This document shows, piece after piece, positions 12,009-24,799 of a stretch of DNA of 49,385 nt. The notes beneath the pieces were generated by a model. That model saw nothing but the letters and a program-made list of their open reading frames with translations. It was not told the origin of the DNA and did no database searches. The translations under genes and the position numbers were made by a program. Each line of letters begins with the position of its first letter. Positions within the stretch are counted from its first letter, which is position 1. Source of the DNA: Nemertoderma westbladi (Eukaryota > Animalia > Xenacoelomorpha). The stretch spans positions 1 to 49,385 of the forward strand of contig JAUCBJ010005959.1 of assembly GCA_032718475.1 (NCBI GenBank). Direction: 5' to 3'.

Positions 12009-14379
12009 TTTTTATTTAACGTGGTTGATCTTGGTTTCCTTACAATTATATTTATATATTTAATTTTTGTAACCGGATCCCACACCCCAACGGCTTGCTA
12101 AATTTATAATCTATAATATAATATAATATAATATATATATTATATAATTATATACGTAATTAAATCAATAATAATTATTTAATGAGTGCATAAATGTACA
12201 ATGCAACAAAGCCGATCTCAATTCCTATAGATCGATCATAGAGCCAGGTGGGGAAAGAAGACAATTTTTTAATTTTGAGTAGCCTTATTGAATTTTAGTA
12301 TTAAAAGAATGGTTGTTATCTTTTGTGAGACAAGTTAAATATAAAAACCGTTAAATTCGGGAAATGTCTGCCATCTATGTATTTTGGGGCTTCAAAATGA
12401 ATTTAATTTATTTTATTCAAAAATTGAAACATTTCTGCCTTCTGTCAGTTTTAAAAGCATAAAAAAGTTTAACTTTTATGTCCGCTCACACCTTTTTAAC
12501 GTTCACACTATTACGTCGTCAATTGAACCAAGGTACCGGTGGAACAGCTATTGTGAAATTTTATTTTCACATTCATATACTGTGCTATTGTACCGGTAGC
12601 AATCAGCATATCAAATGGCAATTTTGGTGATAAACACTGTAGGGTATGTACTGTTGCGTATGTAGGGTGTAATGTAGGGATAATATCAGTATGTCTATCC
12701 TACGGTGGCTGAATAGTGCGTGCCACTTAATACTTATTTTTTTCATTTTTTTAAGCAACTTTTGCGTCGACCAAAAAGTATACCAATTTTGACGGTACAG
12801 AATCACCGGGTACTTGTTCGCTCACTTGCACAAGCTTAGTTGATTGAAAACGTCAGAAAATCGGAAAGAAATGTTTCAATTCTTTAATAAAATTACATAT
12901 ATCAGATTGATAAATGTACTTCTACGCAAGTACCGTAGACGAGTAATATAAATAGATATTACAACTTTATGGTGATTAAAGAAGGGGAGCATTACCCAAA
13001 ATATATATTTTTTATAAAGCCACTATTTTTAAATTGGTTTACACATTGAACTGTGATCTTTTACTATGAAAATCAAGTAAACAATTTTGTTCGAAAAATA
13101 ATATGTAACTTTTTGTTTAGGGAGTTTTTTCTATAAAATTGTATATCTTTTCAGGATTATAAATGTAAAATATCTCGTGTAAGTAGAAGGATCCGCAATA
13201 CAACCTGGATTGAAGTTCTCGGTCCAAGAGTTTGGCACACTGGCAATCTTATGAAGATTTAATCATAAAATTTAATGTAGCTTTAGTATGTTTGGACTAT
13301 ATTTTGGGGATCATATACCTAAAGGAAGACATTTCACAAATCGTCAAATCACAAATATATCACAAATATACATATTACAAATCGATTCTAGAATGACCAA
13401 AATGGCAATTTCTTACAAAACCAACGTAGTCATAAAACTGGTAGCGGCCTCCTAGACGACTCTTCATACTACTAATCGGACAGCGTTCGCCCGCCGCACA
13501 TCTGGTTGGAGTTATTATGTAAATTTAAAATCAACACAATGTGGGAGGATCCTTTGTGAGGATTCTCCCAGTGGACTAAGCCTTACCATATAACATTAGT
13601 ATATAGATAGTGGAGCTTACTCAGAGCGATTTACAACTTAGAACCTAGGAATTATATTTTCTGAAATTTGACAAGTTTGTAATTTTCGTTATTCTAACAA
13701 TTTCTCATGATTTTGTGTTTTCACTTTTGTAGCTCTACCTTCCCAATTTGGCGATCAAATGTTCATTTTTGTCCCACTTTGGCCAATTTGGAAATTTCAT
13801 TAAAAAATTTTGTTTGGCCGAATTTGGCCATTTTGATCACATTGTAATTTAACCCAATGGTAAATGACCCCAATGGTGAAATTTTGCATTCTTTTGACGC
13901 GATCTCCAAAGTAGTTTGGCCATTTGGATTAAAAATCATACCGAACACATATCACCAATTGACTGAGAACCGGGACAACTAATTAAATAAACCGCCACAG
14001 CTTACCTCGTTATGTGTAAATCAGATAATCAAGTATTTAATAGCGGCAACTCCATAACATCACCAATATACATAAATTGACCATGAAATTTAACAAATTA
14101 ACAGGTACAGGTGAGTCAGTACAATTCAATGTTTGAGTATAAATCAGCCTTGCGTGTGACTAACGCAGTGGTGTTTGTATTTCAGTCCTCCGGTGATTGA
14201 CTATAATTCTTCCACATTTTAACCCAGATGTTAATGGCAAACGTCCTTCTGCTATAAGCAAAAGCAGAACACTGAACAAAGGTTTTTCGTACTGTAGTAT
14301 AAAACTATAATGCCGTCCAGCAATCGAACACAAGGAATTCTTAGAACCAGCAACCATGGCGATCTACATGGCAACTTCC

Positions 14380-15085
14380 AATCAAATCTTAGAATAACGA
14401 AGATATCATTTGCCTTGGGGTCTCGGTGGCCAGGTTTAGCATGATGGTTGTACCGATGTTGATTGCGTAATTCTTTCATATACTCATCCTTCCACAAGCA
14501 CCAGAATGTGTTCAGGGCCACTTCTCGATATATAACTTTCACAATGGGATTTGGTAATGAGCAAATACATTTACCTATTACGAAATAAGCAGGTGTCATT
14601 TAACATTTTTTACATATTTATGTTTACTGGGATTAATGGCACACGATGGCTATTAGCTGTATCAAAGCTAGTGTAGCTTGCCACCGTGCGCAAAAGGCAT
14701 TGGTATTGACAATGATGGCACTATTTCAAAGTGTAAACATCTTAAGATGAATAGGTGAATATGGCGATATTAATTTTTCCTTTGTGTAGTGAAAGATGTA
14801 GTGAGTCTTCGACGGTATTGAATGGGCCACAATATTCAACCCCTGTATGTTCAAAGACTCCCACCCAAGTCGAAACTCTTGACAGACGTAGGGGGCTAGT
14901 TTCTGGTTCTGGATATGGCTTTGCTTCCTCTTTGATACATTGAAGACAATTTTTCAAATTACGATTTATGATTTGTCTTCCCCTGGGAAACCAAAATCGT
15001 TCTCGTATTTGAACTAAAGTGTCACGAGTACGACTATGGCACATTTGTATATTTGCATCTAATATTACTAGTTGCATGTAGTGAC
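14380..15085 (-). pseudogene. Degenerate BEL/Pao integrase fragments
   Basis: HSRTRDTLVQIRERFWFPRGRQ...CLQC...FEHTGVEYCGPF (zinc finger and start of the core) and TPAYFVIG...FWCLWKDEYMKELR (C-terminal domain). Most of the core is deleted. Confidence 0.8.
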
Positions 15086-15534
15086 TTTCTGAATGCAATA
15101 ATGTGACGGGATCAGAGATCCCGACCGGGTTAGAAATGTACGCGTCACCGTTCTGCTGGGCGATCGTGCTAGTAACTTTGGGCGAAGGCCGTTGGGGAAA
15201 ACAATAAGAGTTTCTGTTGTCTCTCATTATAGATTAACATAGGCGACAATAGCACGTCGGTACTGATAAATGAATATAGCAGAAAATACAGAATAATTAC
15301 TGTTAATGGCGATGACGGTCATTAAATATGACCGGTCTGCACTGACTGAACTGAATAACTCAACTGACCAGTAAATCAGTAATGTAAGATAATATATGAT
15401 TAACACACATGAATTATTGGTTTCACCTTCTACTGTACTTGGCCTTCTGTACCCAGTGGATGCTTTCATATCTCTAATCACGTGCTTCCCTCCCCGCTAT
15501 TGGCTAATATACTAATTGTCCCATTGGCATCAGG

Positions 15535-16041
15535 TTGGCCCGAGCTTATATTACTTATCAAGAGTTGGTTACTGTAGCCTATGAAGTTGAAGCTTACATG
15601 AATGACAGACCCCTTACTTACGTTACTGCGGATAGGGACGAGCCCTTACCCCTGACACCTTCTCAAATCCTATATGGTCGTCGTCTAACTGGGTTTCCTT
15701 TACCCCTCATCGATAAGGATTTTAATAAAGATCCTTCTTATGGTGAGAGACGATCCCTTACTAAACGTCATCAGCGTGTTATCACACTTATTTCTGATTG
15801 CTGGTCACGTTGGAACCATGAGTATTTAACTTCTTTACGAGAGTTCCATCGATGGAATTCTTCTGAACCCAAACATATCCCAAAAGTAGGAGATATCGTC
15901 CTAGTTGGTTCCCGTAGACCCCGCATGCAATGGCCTCTCGGCAAGGTCATTGAACTCTTTCCTAGTAAAGACGGATGGATACGTTCTGTATCCATAAAGA
16001 CCCAAACTGAACTCTCTAAACGCCCTATCAAACTCTTGTAA
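15535..16041 (+). pseudogene. BEL/Pao integrase C-terminus (DUF5641-like)
   Basis: EVEAYMNDRPLTY...LTPSQILYG...WSRWNHEYLTSLRE...VGDIVLV...WPLGKVIELFPSKDGWIRSV...RPIKLL. Confidence 0.92.
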
Positions 16042-16443
16042 CCTCTAGAGTGTCCCGTTTCACCATTAGTGGATCTATCGGATGTCCCAATTGTCCCACC
16101 AATTCGTTCACCGCAAGTTAACACTATAAAACCCCATCGTGTAGCCGCAATACGATCCCGTGAGAAACTGAAAGAATATTACGAGGATGTTTCGAATAGC
16201 GATTCATCAGTCTCAGAGATATAGATTTATATTTTCTATGTAAACTATTTTAGTTGATATATTGTGCTATGTTTCAAAGTTTAGTAGTATATGTTTATGC
16301 AATTTGAGTTATTTTCTGTATGTGTTATTTTCTTACAATTAGATTTTGAGGGAATTATTGAGTTATTTACTGTATGTGTTAAATTTCTTATGATTAGTTT
16401 ATTGAGGAAATATTTACTTAGTTTATTCCTTGGCTGGCGGGAA

Positions 16444-16770
16444 TGTTCAAAATATTATTTCATTATGTATTTTGTTATATAAGAAAGCGTTTGTTTTTGA
16501 ATCTCGCTCTCCTTTTAAGTTATTTTTAGTATGACGTAAGTAATTATCCGATTACAGTCATTCTGATATGAAGTGGGTACCGGTTTATGTTATTATTATT
16601 CTTTTTAACTTGCTTATGACTACGTTGATTTCTGCCGTGTATGTCTGTCATGGTGTCAGTAAATAGGCCTAAACATGTATGTATGCTATACCCTTAGTTG
16701 AATAAAGGAATCAGGAAGTATCTTTACTTAACCCCTTATTATAAATCGCTCTCCCAAATGCTATCAAACA
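16444..16770 (+). repeat. 3' LTR of the truncated BEL/Pao element
   Basis: PPT-like ggctggcgggaa is followed by TGTTC; AATAAA at 16701; ends ...AAACA. RTE endonuclease-like sequence follows. Confidence 0.7.
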
Positions 16771-18970
16771 CATACGTGGTAACAACAAACCATCGCGTTT
16801 ATTTTAAGTCCGGAAATCGCAACTACCCTATGTTATTTCGGGACACTCGGCTGAAGCCCTCGCTTCAGCAGATGATAGTGGCAATGGTGGAATTGGTCTA
16901 TTGATGAATCCAACTGCACATGCAGCATTGGACAAAATAGACCAAATCTCTAACCGCATCATCCGTTGCCACTTCTCATGTTCTGGAAGACTGGCTAAGA
17001 AGTTTCCTAAGGTGGTTTTGATTGTGTGCTACTCTCCAACTAGTGTTGCCCCTGTAGAGGAGGTGGAAAATTTCTACCAGAATCTACAAGCAGCTACTGA
17101 TGGACTGGATCAGCATGCATTCTTAACATTCCTGGGAGACTTTAATGCAAGTCTGCATCAATCACCTACATCGCCCTGGGTCTATAGCAATAGTGTTAAC
17201 CGAAATTCCGTCCATCTTCAGGATTTTATCTCTGGAAATGGATTGTTTTCGGCTGGAACCCAGTTCAAGAAGCGAACTGGAAAGCTATGGACTCATTGTG
17301 GACCCAGTGGTCACAAGTCCCAGATAGACCATATCCTGTTTCGTAGGAAAAACAGGAGCTCTATACAAGACTGTAATGCATTTACACTATGACCCTTCTC
17401 CAGCGATCACCGCCTTATTGTGGCCAAGGTAAGACTTAGTCTGCGTGCTAGCAGAACAACGAAATCTGCCTTGCCGTGGCATGACTGGTCCTCTCTGTTG
17501 CAACAGCCAAGTGTGAGATCCAGCTTCACACTACAGCTGAGCAACAGGTATGAGGCTCTTGCCTCTGAGGTGGCAGATCACTGTGAGGGCTATACTGCCT
17601 TCACAGAGGCAGTTAAGTTAGCAGCTGCAGAAACAGTTCCTGTATACCCTTGAAACAGGAAACGGGCCCCCTGGACTGACAACAAAATTCAGAAGTGCCG
17701 AAATGACCTCTACAAGGCACAGAAAGAGTCCCGACTCAAACAGACTACAGCGGCCAAGAATGCAGTTAAGGCTGCATCTAGGTTCCTGAACAGGCAGTAC
17801 TCGGTTAATTTACAGGAGCTAATAAACAAACAGGTTGATGCCATCAATGATGCTGACGACAGCAGGCAATCATCCCAGGCATGGAGATCGATTAACTTGC
17901 TTGCTGGTCGAAAAAGCCAACCAACCACCAAGGTTAAGGCTGAATCACCAGCCGATCGCCTCAATGGTTGGAAGGCCCACTTTGAAAAGCTCCTCAATAA
18001 TGACAGGGTATTGCCTGATAACTTTATAGAAGTAAAAGTGTCTGAGTCTGTACTCCCAGATATTCCCATTGGTGATATCTCCTTTGCAGAAGTGAAGGCT
18101 GCTGCAAAGAGCATTAAGACCAATCGTGCCAGTAGAGTAGATGGTGTTCCCCCTGAGGTCTTTAAAATACCTGAGTGTTTAAGGCTCATCTATCCCATCA
18201 TAGTAGACATGTACCGTACAACAAGAGTCCCACAAGAAATGAAAACAAATAAGTTGGTGCCAGTTCCCAAGAAGGGCAACCTAACAATCTATGGTTCTTT
18301 TCGGGGAATCTCATTGATCTCAATTGCTGCAAAGCTATACAATAGAATTCTATTAAATCGCATCAGAGATCCCATTGAGAGACTGCTCCGTGGAAATCAG
18401 AATGGGTTCAGTAAAGGTCGTGGGACCATGGAGCCCATTTTTGCACTTAGAAGGATAATTGAAGAGTTATCCAAAAAGAAAGACAGGCATCTGGCTGTTA
18501 TCTTTGTTGACTTCTTCAAGGCCTTTGATTCAGTCTCTCACTCACGTATGTTCAGCATACTTTCATTATATGGGATTCCTGATGAAATTATTGCAGCAAT
18601 CAGATCAGTATACAATGGTTCGACAACATTTGTGTCTACTGTTGACAGTGACACAGAACCATTTGAAGTGTTATGGGGCGTCCTCCAGGGAGACACACTT
18701 GCACCATTCTTGTTCATAATTGTTGTTGACTATGTTCTACGCATGTCCTTAGATCATCATAATGATGATGGGGTGATGATAACTCCACCTACTGGCTCCA
18801 GAAGTCGAGGAAATCCTGCCAAGTACCTAACTGATCTAGACTTTGCTGATGACTTAGGAGTACTCTCAGAATCATTAGAGGGAGCCCAATGGCTCCTCAG
18901 CTCATTAGAACATGCTGCTTCTAGTGTTGGTCTTTTTATTAACTCCAGAAAGACCAAAATTTTGACAGTT
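16771..18970 (+). mobile_element. RTE-clade LINE, 5' part (APE and RT), with two in-frame stops
   Basis: ORFs 16901, 17420 and 17897 share one frame. Motifs: CYSPT, LGDFNA, QIDHIL, SDH, FRGISL, QNGF, FVDFFKAFDSV, GVLQGDTLAPFLF, DLDFADD. Confidence 0.93.
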
Positions 18971-19114
18971 GTGATGAATTATTTCACTATAAGATAGCAT
19001 TTGTAGTTTAACTTTAACGTAAAAACTTTCGAAAATCCGACGCATTTTGATTAAGTTACAGTAATGTAATATGCCTATTCATATTTGTACACATAAAACC
19101 CCTAGGTACTCTCA

Positions 19115-19198
19115 TGGCGTAGTGGTCAGATGGTTAAGGCGTTGGTTACATTACAGATAGGTTACGAGTTCGAATCCCGGTCGGAAAATTTGTATTTT
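19115..19198 (+). other. tRNA-derived Pol III promoter cassette in the LTR (second copy at 36039-36122)
   Basis: A box TGGCGTAGTGG (19115-19125), then tggttaaggcgttgg, B box GTTCGAATCC (19168-19177) and a T run near 19195. Acceptor and anticodon stems do not pair, so it is not an intact tRNA. Confidence 0.7.
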
Positions 19199-19234
19199 GG
19201 GACCATTTATTTTCATTTGGTGCAAATTGGTGGA

Positions 19235-19480
19235 CCAATGAGAAGCGTACAACGTAGCGAACGATGAGCCAGGCCAATCATGGGGCATAAAATATCTTAT
19301 TGCTCAAATGTGAGGCTATGGAAAATTCTGTTAGGATTCCATGTCCCAGATTAGTGTAAGGGCCGGATTGCGTTGAACGATGAGCTGGGCCAATCATAGG
19401 GCATAAAGCACTTTATTGCTCAAATGTGAAGCTGTGGAAAATTCTGTTTGGTTTCCATGTGCGATATTTAGTATAAAAGG
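19235..19480 (+). promoter_or_regulatory. LTR U3 promoter: duplicated CCAAT-containing unit plus TATA box
   Basis: Two diverged copies of gaacgatgagc..g.ccaatcat.gggcataaa...tgctcaaatgtga.gct.tggaaaattctgtt (about 19259 and 19376), then TATAAAA at 19472-19478. Confidence 0.65.
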
Positions 19481-22237
19481 CCGGTTTGCCTTCGGTTATC
19501 ACCTTCACCTTCACCCTTGTAAATTACCCCCTTCTTATATATTGTTATTAGTTTATTTGGTTTCTTGTTGAAACTTTGTTAAATCTGTTTGATAAATCCT
19601 TTGCTAAACTGTAATATACTGCAAATTCCTGAACATGTTTTCTTTTGGTCCAACTTTGGGACAGCCAAACAGCGGGAAGATGGCAGCCTAGACCGTTAGG
19701 CCGTCAGCAACGCAGGGGAAAGATGTCCACAACACGCTAGCGCCCACTTTGGATTTGACCGCGCACCCCCTTTGCCCTTCGAAATACTCCACTTGCCATG
19801 CAGCGCCCGCTTTGTGAGAAAGGTAAGACTTTGTTCGACGCCCTTGCCCGCCGTAAGACCTATAGATCAGGGTAAGCGTGACGCCGTCCTGGAATGCCGC
19901 AAAATTTAGGATCAAATAATTATATTTAGACAGGAACCCCCCCCCCCCCCCCCCCCCTTTTGTCATGTCCTGCAAACCCCTGGGTTAACCTGTACTTCTT
20001 ACAGGTGCGAACTATTGCCATTCGTCAGTACGCGAGTACATAGGTATGGACAGCATATGTTCCATAATTTAGTGATTCGTAGTACTGACTGTTTGGTACC
20101 GGTTCGCTTTGTAGAACGTACATTAGTACCCCCCCCCCCCCCCTGTCTGGAGTTAGCTATTTGATCAGGCAAGGAGTATTTCTGCTACCGGCACACTGCT
20201 TGGCCTAGGGAGGTTTTATTAATATCCTACCGCGCCTTGCCACATACTGATAGGTATTGCTGCTAACTACCGTGGCAACAAAGTTCTAGAATTAAATTAG
20301 TATACCAGATCAGCTAACGTATGGTAGCGATTAACCCCTATTTCTTATCTTACAACCAGAATCTGGTATTAGTGCCGATCACGGGTGTAGTTACTAACAC
20401 CGTGGTTGCCCATTGAGTTGTGGATAGGAAGGAGAGAGCTTTGACGTCATTTGTGAGTATAAAGTTCTACAAAACGCGACTAGTTTATTTTAGTAGCTAG
20501 CGCACGGTATCATTTCGGTCAGAAAATCACTAAAACCTAGTAAAAAAGGAGATACATAAAATTGTTTTATTTGTAACACACCCACACACACACGCCCTAA
20601 AACATATTCGCCCTTAGAGTTCTACTAGTTATAGCGTACTATATATTACTTTAGGCAGAATTTATCTGTATTTGTAAATTAGGATCTGATATTTAGTTAC
20701 GGCAAGAAGGAGCATTTCATTTTCGTTATTAAACTGTTGTTTCCTGTTCAGCAGTATTGTTACATTAGGCACGACCCTTTTCGACTGATTTAGGACTGAA
20801 TCAGTGTTGTTACGCTAGGTCTGTTAACCCACTAGCTCGTATATAAACCATATAAATCACACCGCGGCAAGTTACGATATTTAGGACTGTCAGTGATAGT
20901 TAGGATTCGCTACGCGGGGATTGTTTTCCCGTGAGTTTGGTCTGTTACTGTAACTGTACATCTGCCTCACCGGTTAGAGGACAGGTATCCTTTTGTCTAG
21001 TTTCGTAGGCATTAGACCCGCTCACGTACATAGAATAGACACTAGGCTCTGTTCCTCGCCAGTAGTCGTTTGTGTATTGTATCTGTTTGTTTAGATATCC
21101 TGGACTGGGATTTGTTGTCAGATACTGTACGAGCCCGTATACATTACTAGATCTTACGGTAAGATACATCGTTACTAGGATCCGGTAAGCGGTATACTAC
21201 TGGACCTTACAGTAAGAAGTACTATATAAATTAGTGTATAGTATTGTTTAGATATGTACGCTCTGTAAAGTGCATGCGCTCTTTACAGTGAGAAGTATTT
21301 ATTAAATATCTCGACCGAAGGTGCGTGCGCATTTAAGGTGGGATATATATATATAAATATTGTTAGCTATTGTAAGTAGGAGATATTTAAAATTTAAGGT
21401 TAGTAAATTTAGTAATTTAGAACGTCCCCTGCTTCAGTAGGCTTTTAGGGTAGCTAGTACTTTCGTATTTAATATTTGACTAGCTAACAGTTAGTTTGTA
21501 GCACTTTGTTTTACGCCGTGTGTGTGCGGTGTTACTTTCGGTACTTGAAAAGGTACATAGGGTTTAAAGACCAATTTGTATCGGTACCTAGGAAGATTTT
21601 TCGTAAGCGTAGAAGTAAAACTCTCACCTTCGACCTTTTCAGGACTCAAGGACTCATTTCTGGACCGCTTCGAGGATTAGACCGCTTTTCGCAAAGTTTG
21701 GGAGACAATAAATTCGTCCGCGCCACCGAAAAACGGAATGACCCACGTCCGGTTTGTATTTGGGAATTTGCACGACTGGAAGATCAAAGGAACGTAAGTT
21801 TTACGACTCACGTCGTTCAAACTTAAGAAAGCACAGTAGTACTCAAAATTTGTGGGTTTCACTGTCTATTAGTAGTGTTATTGGTACTTATTTTCCCGTT
21901 AGACGTTGCTGTTTTGCCTATTATTTGTACTTGTTGATCTATATTTTGGTAACGTATACCGTTATCTCATTTATTCGTACAAATTTAGCCGGTAGGCTAG
22001 ATTATTACTTATTTTATTGTATACTTTGTTAGTTTTATTTGTACCGGTTAGGGTATATATATGATATATATATATATCAAGGTAAGTTTGACATTTGTAC
22101 ATTTCGACATTCTGACTTGTTGATCTATTTGTACCGGTTGGGGTATATATATACTATATATACCAAGGTAAGTTTGACACTTCAACATTCAGACACTTTG
22201 ACATTTTATTACCTGTACTTGACGTATATAATAAGAC

Positions 22238-24799
22238 ATGAGTGACACACCCCATTCGACGAGATACCCACCTACCGACTATGACTCGTGCGACCCGGAC
22301 AGATCGACAGTAGACGAACCGAGAAGGAGAACCCGAGATTCCACCGATGTCACACCGCTTGCGTCGCCGGTACCCCGAATGGAAATACCGGAAGCCGCAA
22401 CGCGTGGCGACGGCAGAATCGAAGATTTCCTTACCGTCCCGCAGACCAGATCGCGGGAACCGGACATGGTAAGTTCGACTGGAAGCCAGGAGAACGTTAT
22501 TAGGAGTATAGGAGGACACATGGCCCAGATTACTCGGAACCTCGGAGAAGGTTTTCGCGTTTTACGCGAGTTAACCGCCCCGATGTCGAGATACGAGTTC
22601 TACACCTTACAAGTAAGGATAGAAAGTAGGGTACATGCCTCCGTAGATAAACTTAAAGGTTTACACGAACTTGCAGAGTTGCGTGGCGATAACTTTACTC
22701 AGGTAAAGATAATAGACAAGTTGGTAAGTGCGAGAGAAAGCCTTATCCAGTTTAAGTCGGTGATAAGATTGGCTCAACAGGAGCAGTTTGACCAACTGCT
22801 AGGTGAGTCAGTTTCGGACGCGTTGTTACAACCCGAAGAGGAAGAAGAACTCTACTGCCTGGACGGGAGGTTGGAAACGCTCACCAATTTTCTTCGTAGA
22901 TGCGGCGTACCGATCGACAAACCGGAAGTCGAACCGCGAGGAACGACGGAAGTTCTCACTACGGAAGGCTCGCGAGCCTACCAGCATCCACCTCTGGATA
23001 GATCGTTCGTTAGCATGCGGAGCGACGTTGGCGACGTTAGTAGGACAGCGTCTGTGATTACTCGACAACAATAGGACGTTGCACGCCGACAACAAGTCGC
23101 CGAGGAAGAAGCGCAACACCAGATGGCACAGATCGCCATCGAGGGAGAGAAACAATATAGAGAGGATGAGGCGAGAATTGCGCAACTCAAGGCGCAAGTC
23201 GAATTAGAATCCTCAGAGATGAGGAGACTAGAGGAAGATTTAGCACAAGAAGCAGCCGCAGCGGCGGCAGCCGACGAATTAGCACGGAAGAAAGCAGCAT
23301 CCGACGCTCGCGCCAAGTTGGAAGCGCGACAAATAGCCACTCGTTTAGCTATACAGGAAGCGGAGTTAGCGGCACAACAACAAGTAGCGGATCGACGCGA
23401 AAGGGAGATGCAACTACAGTTCGAATTAAATCGTAGATCGCGCGAGGCAGCGTACGCGCAAGCGGACCTTGAACTCGACGCGAGAGATAGATCTATAAGA
23501 TCGCGAGCTGGACACGACTTGTCTGCCCTGGATCGTATGGAAGCTCGATATCGCGGAATACAGAAGCGAATCGAGGAAGGAAGTGTGGGAGCGATAGATC
23601 GAGGAGAGGAGTTCGTCGAGGATTACTGTAAACGTTTTCCCCAAGTTATTCCTATGCTCAAACCCGCGACTTCGATAAAACCGGTCTTTGTTACGAAACC
23701 TAAGGAAATAACGCCTATGCGTTCGACGCAAGGCAACAGGTTTGTTGTGACGGAAATACCGCAACCTAGGGCGACTTCATCGCCAATTTTAGCAGGTAAC
23801 ATAACTATTCCACCTACAGTAAGTCGTAGTCTACTTGTAGGAAGAGAGGAACCTGCGTTTATGACCATTAAACAGGTGAGTAAACCATTACAAGTTAAAC
23901 CTGTGACGTGCTGTGCGAACCCAGTTATTTATAGACCGACTACGAAACCCGACTATTTCACTCAACCGTTGACACAATGTTCGACGCAACCTACGACTTC
24001 GTGGAAGGCTTGCGAGCCTACCGAACTACAGAGGAGGATGGATGTGGGTAGTACCCACGGGATCGGACAACGTATAACGAGACCTACGACTTGGTGGAAG
24101 GCTTGCGAGCCTACCGAACAACGGAGAGCCGTAGATCCCGGACCACAACGGACGAGACCGAGAATAATACGCCGGACACGAACCCACCAGCCATGTTATC
24201 TGGACGACAGCGACTCATCTAGTGACTCGGAGTCGACGGAACGGGAAATATTCCGTACTGGAGTGGCGGAGGATTACAAACGAGAGGACCCATCGATGAA
24301 CGCCTATATCGACAATCCACCTCGAGAAACACCCCAACAGAAACCCACGTTGAAACCAGCGGAAATGATCAGCGCCAAACAGTTCACCGAGATGACAGAC
24401 AGAATAGCTCAACTCGAAGAACGACTCGAAGCGCAACCGTCGGATCGATCACGAACCAGCGTGGAGTTGGAACAACCTAGACAACATCGACCATCAAGGA
24501 GAGAACAGGAGACTAGACGGACTCCGACACATCGAGAAGAAGATCCCGTTAATAATTCCTACCGACGAACAACGCGCGGAAGGGAGCGACTGGACGACGC
24601 CACCGAACAGGGACGCGGACAGTTGGATTTCGTTAGCGAGATTGCGAAATTTGCGGCTAGACACGGATTACCGGCACAGCAACCGCTGAAGTTCTCTGGC
24701 AACGCGAAACACTGGCGCACACTGGTAGACTACGTAGAGTCCCAGATCGCTAAGTGTGCTTTCACCTCGACGGAGAAGTTTAATTACTTAACTACTTAA
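22238..24799 (+). pseudogene. BEL/Pao gag N-terminal region (coiled coil, start of DUF1759-like domain)
   Basis: ORFs 22238-23074 and 23123-24799 are in one frame, split by a single TAG. Long E/A/R coiled coil; PLKFSGNAKHWRT...EKFNYL. Confidence 0.8.

Larger units (their letters stand above)
11378..12051 (-). mobile_element. Penelope-like element 3' fragment with inverted pseudo-LTR piece, in (TA)-rich DNA
   Basis: GIY-YIG ORF flanked by a perfect inverted repeat of about 45 bp (11378-11422 and 12007-12051). Confidence 0.85.
18972..21211 (+). repeat. 5' LTR (2240 bp)
   Basis: TGATGAATT...GACCTTACA. Matches 35896-38046 apart from roughly 20 substitutions counted by eye and one indel of about 100 bp. 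Confidence 0.96.

Noticed and set aside
14380-16041. One inverted-repeat element formed by two opposed integrase pieces
   Set aside because: The two pieces differ in sequence and look like separate BEL/Pao families.
19115-19190. Functional tRNA gene
   Set aside because: Acceptor and anticodon stems do not pair; only the A and B boxes and part of the T arm remain.
20945-21169. 74-aa antisense ORF repeated at 37780-38004
   Set aside because: The repetition is explained by LTR identity, and there is no recognisable motif.
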